This document shows positions 35,373 to 49,086 of a DNA stretch of 64,000 nt, piece after piece. The position numbers and the translations under genes were made by a program. The DNA comes from Flectonema sp. DT1601 (Eukaryota), in NCBI GenBank assembly GCA_964019425.1, contig OZ025782.1:434001-498000 (forward strand), read 5' to 3'. The notes beneath the pieces were generated by a model. It saw only the letters and a list, made by a program, of their open reading frames with translations. It had not been told where the DNA came from and did no database searches. How positions within the stretch are numbered: position 1 is the stretch's first letter; the number at the start of each line of letters is the position of its first letter.

Positions 35373-38167
35373 GGGCAGTGAACTTTTGGTTCAGGCCCTT
35401 CCCATCGAACAGGACGAAGACTTCTAAAACCTGAGATGAACCAATTGAGTTGAAACAAACAAATAACAGAGACGCAACACATACCGGAACATCATCGCAA
35501 GCAATGCTTCGGACCTCTGTCGACCTTCGTTCTTCCGGCGGCAAAGGGAAACAAGAAAGAACGGGCAATGAGACAAACCTGTTAGTTGGTGTTGTGTTGT
35601 TGTTAAAAACAAAAACATAAACGCCAGGAAGTTCGACAACGAAGACATCGACATCGATCGCTGCTCTGCAGATGTCCGGCGGGTGTTTGTCTACACTGTG
35701 TTTATTGTTTGTTTTTTTCCCAAGGTTCAACCTTGGGAAGAGAAGTAAAAAATTCCGTCAATGTCGGCCTTCCTGTTCGAAGGTGCGCACCAATGACGAT
35801 AAATAGAGTGGGGGGAGAAAACCTTTGATCCAACTGGATCCCTTCACGAGCTGACATTGCCATGTGAAGTTAAATATTCTGGCGATGCCAGCTCAGGCGA
35901 CTTAGCCTGCTTTTTTCTTTAAATAAAAAAAATAAAAAGATACCAACAGGTGGGGTGATGGGTTGCGCCACTGCAATCCAGTCACAAAAAGAAACAAAGG
36001 TAATCTCAAGGGTTCTCGACCCTTGGCTCTCCCTGCGCAAGCATCGCATGGAGGGTGACGCTAAGCACCCGGGGGGTACGAAACAAACTTTCCCCCTGCT
36101 GTCCTGTTTGAAATAAAAAAAAAAAAAAAAAAAAACAAAGGGATAGAAGTAAACAGAATACGTTACACCTCAACAGGTGACGCTAAACACCCAGGGGATA
36201 CAAACCAAACTTTCCCCCTGTTGCCCTGTTTGAAATAAATTAAAAAAAGAACAAGAAAACAGAATACAATACTCAGCAATCAGACTCGTTCACTCGCTTC
36301 GCCAGAGCCGTTCGAGCCGATGCTCATGTAAAGTTACCTGTTTTCTTTTAACAAATTAAATAAAATAAGATAAATAAAAATAAAGTAGCGCAACGGAGAG
36401 GAATACATAACACCTCGACTCTTGCGCTAGCATCGCAAGGGGGGTACCCGGGAGATACAAACCAAACTTTCTCTGGAATACAATACCTAACAATCAGTGC
36501 GTTCACTGGCCTTAGGGCTGTTCGGACTTATGCTTTGGACTGTTCCCTTGCAGAAAAAAAAAGTAAAATAAACCAACTTTGGGACATTAGAAAAGCATAA
36601 AATAAAAGTTGCTACAACCAAAAGACAACTGCAAAAAAAAAAGGTTTTTGTAGGGGAGCTACAATGTAGCAATAATGTCACACAGTCATGTGGCAAGCTG
36701 GATAAGAGATTTGGGAGAGGAATAGGGGCAGTGAACTTTTGGTTCAGGCCCTTCCCATCGAACAGGACGAAGACTTCTAAAACCTGAGATGAACCAATTG
36801 AGTTGAAACAAACAAATAACAGAGACGCAACACATACCGGAACATCATCGCAAGCAATGCTTCGGACCTCCGTCGACCTTCGTTCTTCCGGCGGCAAAGG
36901 GAAACAAGAAAGAACGGGCAATGAGACAAACCTGTTAGTTGGTGTTGTGTTGTTGTTAAAAACAAAAACATAAACGCCAGGAAGTTCGACAACGAAGACA
37001 TCGACATCGATCGCTGCTCTGCAGATGTCCGGCGGGTGTTTGTCTACACTGTGTTTATTGTTTGTTTTTTTCCCAAGGTTCAACCTTGGGAAGAGAAGTA
37101 AAAAATTCCGTCAATGTCGGCCTTCCTGTTCGAAGGTGCGCACCAATGACGATAAATAGAGTGGGGGGAGAAAACCTTTGATCCAACTGGATCCCTTCAC
37201 GAGCTGACATTGCCATGTGAAGTTAAATATTCTGGCGATGCCAGCTCAGGCGACTTAGCCTGCTTTTTTCTTTAAATAAAAAAAATAAAAAGATACCAAC
37301 AGGTGGGGTGATGGGTTGCGCCACTGCAATCCAGTCACAAAAAGAAACAAAGGTAATCTCAAGGGTTCTCGACCCTTGGCTCTCCCTGCGCAAGCATCGC
37401 ATGGAGGGTGACGCTAAGCACCCGGGGGGTACGAAACAAACTTTCCCCCTGCGAGTTGAATTTCCAGGTGAGATTTGGACTGTTAGCTTTTGGCTAAGGC
37501 CCTCCCTGAAGAGCAAGAACAAAAAAACTACTCACACCTGAAGAAAACATACACAAAGAACACACTGTAAGCTGTGTGTGTATTTTGTGTTTGTCACAAC
37601 AGGAGAGAAAAGAAAGAATGTCAAGGTTGGTCACCTTGCCTATCAACGCACAACATTGGTGGTCTCTACTAGACCCTGAGTGATCCCACTGGATCTCTCA
37701 TCGTTCATAGTACCCTGTGTGAAGTTATAAAATCAAAGGTAAACTATGAACTACAAATGACTTAGCCTGTTATTATAATGCCACAGGCAGGCCCTGCATT
37801 CAGCAACTATCCAGCAGTGCTTGGATGTCCTGATCTTCTTCTAAAAAAAAGAAAGAAAAACAAAACTGTAGCTGGGATCACTCAGGATCAACAGACTACC
37901 AATGTCCTGTTTGAAATAAAAAAAAAAAGACAAAGGGATAGAAGTAAACAGAATACGTTACACCTCAACAGGTGACGCTAAACACCCAGGGGATACAAAC
38001 CAAACTTTCCCCCTGTTGCCCTGTTTGAAATAAATTAAAAAAAGAACAAGAAAACAGAATACAATACTCAGCAATCAGACTCGTTCACTCGCTTCGCCAG
38101 AGCCGTTCGAGCCGATGCTCATGTAAAGTTACCTGTTTTCTTTTAACAAATTAAATAAAATAAGATA
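35348..38167. repeat. Tandem repeat family R2 (period 1353 bp), interrupted by R1 at 37453-37902 and resuming at 43497-43770; opposite-orientation copies at 49104-49479, 53368-54594, 60061-61342
   Basis: Near-identical ORF translations offset by 1353 bp. The sequence continues seamlessly across the insertions. Confidence 0.9.
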
Positions 38168-41100
38168 CTGTAAAGGGAAATATTCTTGTGGGGAAAAACC
38201 CGCGAGTTTTTATTATTTTTTCTAAATCCGCGAGAATATTTCCCCGCGGGAATATTTCCCTGCAAGTATACTTTTTTTCCAGCCATTTTTTTTGTTCCTT
38301 TCTGTGAAGAAAATATGTGTGCTACGAAGGAAAGTTTCAGCAAAAATTATTTTTATTGTGCAGTATGGTAGTTTTTTATTGTGTTCACTTGGTAAATGAT
38401 GCTTTGTTCCAGCTGACACTCAATAGAAGCACAAATATTTCTTAGATTCTTTATCAACTGACTGACTTTTGCAAAAATCCACTGTGGCAGGGAAAGAGTT
38501 GAGTTTACCAGGTGAGATTTGGACTGTTAGCTTTTGGCTAAGGCCCTCCCTGAAGAGCAAGAACAAAAAAACTACTCACACCTGAAGAAAACATACACAA
38601 AGAACACACTGTAAGCTGTGTGTGTATTTTGTGTTTGTCACAACAGGAGAGAAAAGAAAGAATGTCAAGGTTGGTCACCTTGCCTATCAACGCACAACAT
38701 TGGTGGTCTCTACTAGACCCTGAGTGATCCCACTGGATCTCTCATCGTTCATAATACCCTATGTGAAGTTATAAAATCAAAGGTAAACTATGAACTACAA
38801 ATGACTTAGCCTGTTATTATAATGCCACAGGCAGGCCCTGCATTCAGCAACTATCCAGCAGTGCTTGAATGTCCTGATCTTCTTCTAAAAAAAAGAAAGA
38901 AAAACAAAACTGTAGCTGGGATCACTCAGGATCAACAGACTACCAATGCTACCTGTTGTACTTGCTCACTATGGGGGGTGATGCCAAACACCCAGAAGTA
39001 CTAAACTGCTTTCCTTCTTGCTGCCCAGGGGTTTCTGACCAGAACTAATAGAAAATAAAAACAGATGGGAAACAATAAAAAGTAAAATGAATATAACTGA
39101 AGTTAAACAAGAATGTTGGTCCTAGACAAGACCTTAAACTGACTAACCGGTCTTAATTTTAACTAAGTGTTAACCTAGTTTCCTAGTTTCTAATATGAAA
39201 TCTTTTTTCTTTTTTTTTCTTTTTGAACAAAATGTAATTATTAATGTAAAAAAATGAAGAAACAGACCAGAACAGATAGAGAATAAAAAAGAAAAGATAA
39301 TTGCAAGAGTTATTGTAGTAAAAGATTACAAATAAAAAAAAAATGCAAGTATCAACACATGATCGAGATACACCAGCAGCTAACAAACAACATAAAATTG
39401 AAGATCAGTTGCCAGAGTATTTCAACCATGGTAGAATACTCGCCCCTCTGGCAGGGATTATCCCAGACTTGTCCTTTAATTTAGTTGGACACCATGGCTT
39501 ACAACCCTTCCAGAGGGAAGCACCATTATGACTTCTATTTTTTTTCTTCAAGAAAATCATAAGGTGGTAACAAAGAAAAATGCTAAGAGGAACCCCTTAT
39601 TAACACCTAAGACATCTAAACTGCAGCCCAGCTTATGCCCAATGCACTAACAGGTCATTCCCTCACACTCAGATCAAAAAATCAAAGTTCAGAGTGCATC
39701 TTAGCATGAATGAGAGAATTTCCTCCCGCTTTTTTTGAACAAAAGGGATAGGAGAAGGGATAGAAAACGAACATAACAATAAGATTCTAAGTGAGAAACA
39801 CTTAGCAGAAATACTTAGCAGCTTTTAAGGAGCTGAAAAGCAAAAAAAAAATCTAAGTGAGAAACACTTAGTAGAAACACTTTGTAGCTAATTGAGCTGA
39901 AAATAAAAAAATAAAAAAATTTCTAAGTGAGAGATACTTAGCAACTTTTAGAACAAATATTTCAGTAAATAACCTGTTGAAATGGTAGTTAATGTAACCA
40001 TTACAGGTTTGATGCCAATACTGACAAAGACTGAGTTGAGTTTACCAGGTGAGATTTGGACTGTTAGCTTTTGGCTAAGGCCCTCCCTGAAGAGCAAGAA
40101 CAAAAAAACTACTCACACCTGAAGAAAACATACACAAAGAACACACTGTAAGCTGTGTGTGTATTTTGTGTTTGTCACAACAGGAGAGAAAAGAAAGAAT
40201 GTCAAGGTTGGTCACCTTGCCTATCAACGCACAACATTGGTGGTCTCTACTAGACCCTGAGTGATCCCACTGGATCTCTCATCGTTCATAATACCCTATG
40301 TGAAGTTATAAAATCAAAGGTAAACTATGAACTACAAATGACTTAGCCTGTTATTATAATGCCACAGGCAGGCCCTGCATTCAGCAACTATCCAGCAGTG
40401 CTTGAATGTCCTGATCTTCTTCTAAAAAAAAGAAAGAAAAACAAAACTGTAGCTGGGATCACTCAGGATCAACAGACTACCAATGCTACCTGTTGTACTT
40501 GCTCACTATGGGGGGTGATGCCAAACACCCAGAAGTACTAAACTGCTTTCCTTCTTGCTGCCCAGGGGTTTCTGACCAGAACTAATAGAAAATAAAAACA
40601 GATGGGAAACAATAAAAAGTAAAATGAATATAACTGAAGTTAAACAAGAATGTTGGTCCTAGACAAGACCTTAAACTGACTAACCGGTCTTAATTTTAAC
40701 TAAGTGTTAACCTAGTTTCCTAGTTTCTAATATGAAATCTTTTTTCTTTTTTTTTCTTTTTGAACAAAATGTAATTATTAATGTAAAAAAATGAAGAAAC
40801 AGACCAGAACAGATAGAGAATAAAAAAGAAAAGATAATTGCAAGAGTTATTGTAGTAAAAGATTACAAATAAAAAAAAAATGCAAGTATCAACACATGAT
40901 CGAGATACACCAGCAGCTAACAAACAACATAAAATTGAAGATCAGTTGCCAGAGTATTTCAACCATGGTAGAATACTCGCCCCTCTGGCAGGGATTATCC
41001 CAGACTTGTCCTTTAATTTAGTTGGACACCATGGCTTACAACCCTTCCAGAGGGAAGCACCATTATGACTTCTATTTTTTTTCTTCAAGAAAATCATAAG

Positions 41101-43496
41101 GTGGTAACAAAGAAAAATGCTAAGAGGAACCCCTTATTAACACCTAAGACATCTAAACTGCAGCCCAGCTTATGCCCAATGCACTAACAGGTCATTCCCT
41201 CACACTCAGATCAAAAAATCAAAGTTCAGAGTGCATCTTAGCATGAATGAGAGAATTTCCTCCCGCTTTTTTTGAACAAAAGGGATAGGAGAAGGGATAG
41301 AAAACGAACATAACAATAAGATTCTAAGTGAGAAACACTTAGCAGAAATACTTAGCAGCTTTTAAGGAGCTGAAAAGCAAAAAAAAAATCTAAGTGAGAA
41401 ACACTTAGTAGAAACACTTTGTAGCTAATTGAGCTGAAAATAAAAAAATAAAAAAATTTCTAAGTGAGAGATACTTAGCAACTTTTAGAACAAATATTTC
41501 AGTAAATAACCTGTTGAAATGGTAGTTAATGTAACCATTACAGGTTTGATGCCAATACTGACAAAGACTGAGTTGAGTTTACCAGGTGAGATTTGGACTG
41601 TTAGCTTTTGGCTAAGGCCCTCCCTGAAGAGCAAGAACAAAAAAACTACTCACACCTGAAGAAAACATACACAAAGAACACACTGTAAGCTGTGTGTGTA
41701 TTTTGTGTTTGTCACAACAGGAGAGAAAAGAAAGAATGTCAAGGTTGGTCACCTTGCCTATCAACGCACAACATTGGTGGTCTCTACTAGACCCTGAGTG
41801 ATCCCACTGGATCTCTCATCGTTCATAATACCCTATGTGAAGTTATAAAATCAAAGGTAAACTATGAACTACAAATGACTTAGCCTGTTATTATAATGCC
41901 ACAGGCAGGCCCTGCATTCAGCAACTATCCAGCAGTGCTTGAATGTCCTGATCTTCTTCTAAAAAAAAGAAAGAAAAACAAAACTGTAGCTGGGATCACT
42001 CAGGATCAACAGACTACCAATGCTACCTGTTGTACTTGCTCACTATGGGGGGTGATGCCAAACACCCAGAAGTACTAAACTGCTTTCCTTCTTGCTGCCC
42101 AGGGGTTTCTGACCAGAACTAATAGAAAATAAAAACAGATGGGAAACAATAAAAAGTAAAATGAATATAACTGAAGTTAAACAAGAATGTTGGTCCTAGA
42201 CAAGACCTTAAACTGACTAACCGGTCTTAATTTTAACTAAGTGTTAACCTAGTTTCCTAGTTTCTAATATGAAATCTTTTTTCTTTTTTTTTCTTTTTGA
42301 ACAAAATGTAATTATTAATGTAAAAAAATGAAGAAACAGACCAGAACAGATAGAGAATAAAAAAGAAAAGATAATTGCAAGAGTTATTGTAGTAAAAGAT
42401 TACAAATAAAAAAAAAATGCAAGTATCAACACATGATCGAGATACACCAGCAGCTAACAAACAACATAAAATTGAAGATCAGTTGCCAGAGTATTTCAAC
42501 CATGGTAGAATACTCGCCCCTCTGGCAGGGATTATCCCAGACTTGTCCTTTAATTTAGTTGGACACCATGGCTTACAACCCTTCCAGAGGGAAGCACCAT
42601 TATGACTTCTATTTTTTTTCTTCAAGAAAATCATAAGGTGGTAACAAAGAAAAATGCTAAGAGGAACCCCTTATTAACACCTAAGACATCTAAACTGCAG
42701 CCCAGCTTATGCCCAATGCACTAACAGGTCATTCCCTCACACTCAGATCAAAAAATCAAAGTTCAGAGTGCATCTTAGCATGAATGAGAGAATTTCCTCC
42801 CGCTTTTTTTGAACAAAAGGGATAGGAGAAGGGATAGAAAACGAACATAACAATAAGATTCTAAGTGAGAAACACTTAGCAGAAATACTTAGCAGCTTTT
42901 AAGGAGCTGAAAAGCAAAAAAAAAATCTAAGTGAGAAACACTTAGTAGAAACACTTTGTAGCTAATTGAGCTGAAAATAAAAAAATAAAAAAATTTCTAA
43001 GTGAGAGATACTTAGCAACTTTTAGAACAAATATTTCAGTAAATAACCTGTTGAAATGGTAGTTAATGTAACCATTACAGGTTTGATGCCAATACTGACA
43101 AAGACTGAGTTGAGTTTACCAGGTGAGATTTGGACTGTTAGCTTTTGGCTAAGGCCCTCCCTGAAGAGCAAGAACAAAAAAACTACTCACACCTGAAGAA
43201 AACATACACAAAGAACACACTGTAAGCTGTGTGTGTATTTTGTGTTTGTCACAACAGGAGAGAAAAGAAAGAATGTCAAGGTTGGTCACCTTGCCTATCA
43301 ACGCACAACATTGGTGGTCTCTACTAGACCCTGAGTGATCCCACTGGATCTCTCATCGTTCATAATACCCTATGTGAAGTTATAAAATCAAAGGTAAACT
43401 ATGAACTACAATTCTTGTGGGGAAAAACCCGCGAGTTTAAAAAAAAATCTCCAAATCCGCAAGAATATTTCCCCGCGAGAATATTTCCCTTTACAG
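38168..43496. mobile_element. TA-flanked TIR element (Tc1/mariner-type, non-autonomous) containing an R1 array
   Basis: TIR ctgtaaagggaaatattct(t/c)g(t/c)ggggaaa at both ends. TA at 38166-67 and 43497-98. The empty site ataaga-TA-aataaaaataaag is seen near 36365-36385. Confidence 0.85.
38496..43411 (-). repeat. R1 tandem array, 1537-bp unit x ~3.2
   Basis: Unit boundaries at 38496, 40033, 41570 and 43107. Confidence 0.95.
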
Positions 43497-44686
43497 TAAA
43501 TAAAAATAAAGTAGCGCAACGGAGAGGAATACATAACACCTCGACTCTTGCGCTAGCATCGCAAGGGGGGTACCCGGGAGATACAAACCAAACTTTCTCT
43601 GGAATACAATACCTAACAATCAGTGCGTTCACTGGCCTTAGGGCTGTTCGGACTTATGCTTTGGACTGTTCCCTTGCAGAAAAAAAAAGTAAAATAAACC
43701 AACTTTGGGACATTAGAAAAGCATAAAATAAAAGTTGCTACAACCAAAAGACAACTGCAAAAAAAAAAGGTATTACTGTCGAGCAGTAGATGACTCTCTC
43801 GAAACAAACGAGAAAGCGGCAGAGCTCTCAGAACAACTTCTGGATGCCCAACTTCGCCTCTCGGAGCTGAATCACCAACGGTGTACAACTCACGCAGAGC
43901 AGCTTGAGCAATCCATGATGTTAACGGGACTGGCGAGCGATTTAAATGTTCAACTCGCCTTGGCACGGTCTCAAATTGCGGCCCTGAAGTTCCAATTAGC
44001 TTCATGGGCAGAAGGTTTGAGTCCGCCAGACACAGAAGAACATGAGGAAAATGAAACTCCGCCGAGAAAGTCTGAGCGTTCAACTCTGAAAAAACGAACC
44101 CCTCCATCAAGATATCGTTACAATCGAAGGAGATGTTCTGCTGATGACGTTCACGGTGACTCCACCCCCTTGTAATTCTCTTTTTCCTTACTTTCACATC
44201 ACTTTGTTTATTTAGTTTTTTAGCTTATTTATTATTTATTGTTCGTTTTTGTTTGTATTATTTTATCGATATGTTTATGTCCGTCAGATCATAACGTTAA
44301 TCAGGTTAATTGTTAATTGTTAATTATAAATGGTCTAAACCCCAATCCAAGTTCCCAAGGCTTGGCATAGATTTGAGTGACGCCTTACTGGCCTCCTCAT
44401 CCTCTATGAGTGGTGAGGGGGCCAGCAATGGTTTTTTTTTTTTTTTTCTCTTATTTCTTTTTTTTCTTTTTCTTTTACTCTAATATGAAATATTTTTGAA
44501 CAAAATGTGATTATTAATTTAAAAAAAAAAAAAAAAATAAATAATGTAAATGAATAATAAAAAAAAAAAAAAAAAAAAACATGCCTTGGGAATACAACCA
44601 AAGCCCCAATTAATCGGTCCTTTCTTTTTCCTTCTTGTCAAGTGATCGCTCCACTCGTCGATCACCAAAACCGATTGTATTTATAT

Positions 44687-46609
44687 CTACTTTTTATTTT
44701 CTATTAGTTCTGGTCAGAAACTCCTGGGCAGCAAGAAGGAAAGTAGTTAAGTACTTCTGGGTGTTTGGCATCACCCCCCATAGTGAGCAAGTACAACAGG
44801 TAGCATTGGTAGTCTGTTGATCCTGAGTGATCCCAGCTACAGTTTTGTTTTTCTTTCTTTTTTTTAGAAGAAGATCAGGACATCCAAGCACTGCTGGATA
44901 GTTGCTGAATGCAGGGCCTGCCTGTGGCATTATAATAACAGGCTAAGTCATTTGTAGTTCATAGTTTACCTTTGATTTTATAACTTCACACAGGGTACTA
45001 TGAACGATGAGAGATCCAGTGGGATCACTCAGGGTCTAGTAGAGACCACCAATGTTGTGCGTTGATAGGCAAGGTGACCAACCTTGACATTCTTTCTTTT
45101 CTCTCCTGTTGTGACAAACACAAAATACACACACAGTGTGTTCTTTGTGTATGTTTTCTTCAGGTGTGAGTAGTTTTTTTGTTCTTGCTCTTCAGGGAGG
45201 GCCTTAGCCAAAAGCTAACAGTCCAAATCTCACCTGGTAACTTAACTCATTCTTTGTCAGTTTTGGCATCAAACCTGTAATGGTTACATTAACTACCATT
45301 TCAACAGGTTATTTACTTAATTATTTGTTCTAAAAGTTGCTAAGTATTTCTCACTTAGAAATTTTTTATTTTTTTATTTTCAGCTTAATTAGCTACAAAG
45401 TGTTACTACTAAGTGTTTCTCACTTAGATTTTTTTTTTGCTTTTCAGCTCCTTAAAAGCTGCTAAGTGTTTCTGCTAAGTGTTTCTCACTTAAAATTTTA
45501 TTTTTATGTTCGTTTTCTATCCCTTCTCCTATCCCTTTTGTTCAAAATAAGCGGGAGGAAATTCTCTCATTCACGCTAAGATGCACTCTGAACTTTGATT
45601 TTTTGATCTGAGTGTGAGGGAATGACCTGTTAGTGCATTGGGCATAAGCTGTGCTGCAGTTTAGATGTCTTAGGTGTTAATAGGGGGTTCCTCTTAGCAT
45701 TTTTTCTTTGTTACCACCTTATGATTTTCTTGAAGAAAAAAAATAGAAGTCATAATGGTGCTTCCCTCTGGAGGGGTTGTAAGCCATGGTGTCCAACTAA
45801 ATTAAAGGACAAGTCTGGGATAATCCCTGCCAGAGGGGCGAGTATTCTACCATGGTTGAAATACTCTGGCAACTGATCTTCAATTTTATGTTGTTTGTTA
45901 GCTGCTGGTGTATCTTGATTATGTGTTGATACTTGCATTTTTTTTATTTGTAATCTTCTATTACAATCCTCTTTCTGTTCTGGTCTGTTTCCTCATTTGT
46001 CTTGTTTAACTTCAGTTATATCCATTTTACTTTTTATTGTTTCCCATCTACTTTTTATTTTCTATTAGTTCTGGTCAGAAACTCCTGGGCAGCAAGAAGG
46101 AAAGTAGTTAAGTACTTCTGGGTGTTTGGCATCACCCCCCATAGTGAGCAAGTACAACAGGTAGCATTGGTAGTCTGTTGATCCTGAGTGATCCCAGCTA
46201 CAGTTTTGTTTTTCTTTCTTTTTTTTAGAAGAAGATCAGGACATCCAAGCACTGCTGGATAGTTGCTGAATGCAGGGCCTGCCTGTGGCATTATAATAAC
46301 AGGCTAAGTCATTTGTAGTTCATAGTTTACCTTTGATTTTATAACTTCACACAGGGTACTATGAACGATGAGAGATCCAGTGGGATCACTCAGGGTCTAG
46401 TAGAGACCACCAATGTTGTGCGTTGATAGGCAAGGTGACCAACCTTGACATTCTTTCTTTTCTCTCCTGTTGTGACAAACACAAAATACACACACAGTGT
46501 GTTCTTTGTGTATGTTTTCTTCAGGTGTGAGTAGTTTTTTTGTTCTTGCTCTTCAGGGAGGGCCTTAGCCAAAAGCTAACAGTCCAAATCTCACCTGGTA
46601 ACTTAACTC
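44687..46609 (+). repeat. R1 tandem copies in opposite orientation, period 1361 bp
   Basis: Constant ends at 45248 and 46609. Confidence 0.9.
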
Positions 46610-46611
46610 AT

Positions 46612-47290
46612 TCTTTTCTCAACGATCGGCTATACCGATCATTTTTTTTTAAAATAATTGTTTTCTTCTTCTCGACGATCAGATCCAATTGATCGACCTT
46701 TTTTTTTTTTTTTTTTTCCTTTATTCCTTCCATCCCTCCCGCTCCCCTAATTTTAAATAAAAACAAGATCAGCTCAGCTTGATCGTTAATCTTTTTTTCT
46801 TTTTTTAATTTAAACTGAGTGTATTTATATCTGTTTATTTTTTTCAACGATCGGCTATACCGATCAACCTTTAAAATAATTTCTTCGTCTCGACGATCAG
46901 ATCCAATTGATTAACCTTTTCTTTTTTTTTCCTCTATTCCTTCCATCCCTCCCGCTCCCCTATTTGTAATAAAAACAAGATCAGCTCAGCTTGATCGTTA
47001 ATTTTTTTTTCTTTCTTTTTTGTTGGTCCTAGTCAAGACCTTAAACTGACTAACCGGTCTTAATTTTAAATAAGTGTTAACCTAGTTTCTCTTTTCCTTT
47101 TCATTTTCCTTTTAATTCTCTCTATCTGGTCTAAAAAAAAAAAAAACATGCCTTGGGAATACAACCAAAGCCCCAATTAATCGGTCCTTTCTTTTTTCCT
47201 TCTTGTCAAGTGATCGCTCCACTCGTCGATCACCAAAACCGATTGTATTTATATCTGTTCTTTTCTCAACGATCGGCTATACCGATCATT
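46612..47290. repeat. Duplicated block of GATC-closed small palindromes
   Basis: gatcggctataccgatc x3, gatcagatccaattgat x2, gatcagctcagcttgatc x2. Confidence 0.7.
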
Positions 47291-47294
47291 TTTT

Positions 47295-47486
47295 GAATTT
47301 CGATAAAGTGGGAAGTAACGGACTGGGAGCTTTTGGCTCCTGCCCTATTCCCGATGTAAACTTTCTTTTTATTTTTATTTTTTTTAACAGGCCCAAAGGG
47401 CGACAATGATGGTTGCTGACCAAGGAATAATATTCAAATGAATTTTCGTTTCAAAGAAACGAACAGAATTAAGAGAGAGGCAGAGG

Positions 47487-47517
<31 letters not shown>

Positions 47518-47580
47518 GAAAAAAAAAAAATGAAGAGGAAATAATCAAACATGAAAAAAAAAAAAAAAAAAAAAATATAT
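47295..47580 (-). repeat. Partial R3 copy
   Basis: Matches 29215-29480. Confidence 0.85.
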
Positions 47581-47925
47581 ATTAGTCATTCCAAAAATAA
47601 CCGGCCGCGAAAACCAGTTTTGCTTCGAGCAGCCATTGGTCAAAAATGCATCCATTTTCGAGATTTTTTACGAGGTGGAAAGGTTCGGCCCCAATCTCTC
47701 ATTTTACGCGGTGGGATTATTTTTTTTTCACTTTTTTTACTGACCGTTGGAACCCGACAGGTGCGTTATGGGTACTAAGAGAATGTCACTGTCGGCACGG
47801 AAAAGTTAATCCTGTTGCTGCATTTAATTTTTTTCTGGAAAAAAAAGGGAAATGCATCAGAGATTGGCATTTTTTCTCGTAACTACACTTATTATTCCCT
47901 TAAGCACCAGCTTAAACTTCTCTCA

Positions 47926-49086
47926 ATGAAGTGTCACACGTGCCACGAGATGCCAGCTGAGTGCTCCCCAGACAACTACAACTGCACCTCGCACACTAAC
48001 GCGAAAAGACGGAATCCGAAGTTCAACAAGCTTCTTGAGCCACTTCGCGGTAGTCTTGAAATCCCGGCGTATGCTCCTCTGCGCTCAATCTGCAACGCTT
48101 GCTACCAGCGAGCAAAAAGGCTGACTAGTGATCCGCATTACGCATCCGTCAGTATCCCTGCAGAGCCGATCAATCCGGAACCGCTCTCCGATATTTTTGA
48201 ACGCGTGAAAGAATCAGTTCCTGCTGTCCGTTCTCAGTTTTTGAGACTCTGTCTCACGCTAGGCTACACTGATAGCCAGATTAATTCCCGTGTCAGGGAT
48301 TCTTCAATGCGTAAGCTGCAGAGGCTGGAACAGCACGATCCCTCCCAATCAGTAAAGCAGCGCAGCCAAGACAGAGATATCTGGAACTTCTGGATTTCCA
48401 ATGCACGCCCTGAGTCAAACCGCGTGGTCCTCAGCAAAGACTACATAACCGGCGAGACAAGTAAAGAGACAGTCCTCCATGTAAGAGAACCATACCTTGC
48501 CTTGTGGAGTGCCTTCTGCAGAACTCACACAGCTATCTCATATGCTCAGTTTTGTGACAAAAGGCCTGCTCATGTCAAATCTTGTCCGAATAACCCTCGA
48601 TGCCGTTGCAGGTGGCACATGCAAATTGCACTTATCCTTCCTGCTTATATAAGACTTGTGGGCCTGAGAAGATTCAGCTAACCCGCTTGAGTGACCTACC
48701 ACTCATACTATGTCGAGACCCGTCTTACAACTGCTTCTTTGGCCACTGCAACCAATGCAGGCCGTTGAACTTATTCCATCCCAAGGCGTTAAAATCCTGC
48801 TGGCTGCTTTGTACCGATTGATGAAGATGATCCAAATGTGGGGGTTGGTGCGAGCCAACTTTCACCTGCTACCAACACTGAGAGTGAGTCTATTTCAGAA
48901 ACAACTGAACTCACCTCAGATTCTGGTGAGTCTTCTACTGACTCTTGCTCTGTTAGTGAATCTAGTTCTAGTTCCAGTTTCAGATCGCTGCGTTCAACTA
49001 GTTCTATTATCGGTTCATTGCCGGTAGGAAAACGAAGAAAGCCAGCAGTAAAAGTTGCCAAAAGAGCTAAGCCTAATCAAAAATAA
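47926..49086 (+). pseudogene. Cys-rich, frameshifted ORF, possibly a DNA-transposase remnant
   Basis: MKCHTC..CNAC, ISYAQFCDKRP..CRCRWH, then LCRDPSYNCFFGHCNQC and a Ser/Glu-rich then Lys-rich tail in shifted frames. Confidence 0.4.

Noticed and set aside
38531..38542. U2 snRNA-like CTTTTGGCTAAG in R1
   Set aside because: Only 12 nt. The branch-pairing and Sm regions are absent, and the opposite-strand hairpin explains it better.
38549..38592. Hammerhead core (CTGAAGAG) in R1, i.e. a retrozyme
   Set aside because: No stem II-GAAA arrangement could be built.
35302..46572. Recurrent 60-200 aa ORFs in R1/R2 repeats
   Set aside because: They cross homopolymer runs, differ in ends between copies and show no motifs. 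Recurrence reflects DNA repetition.
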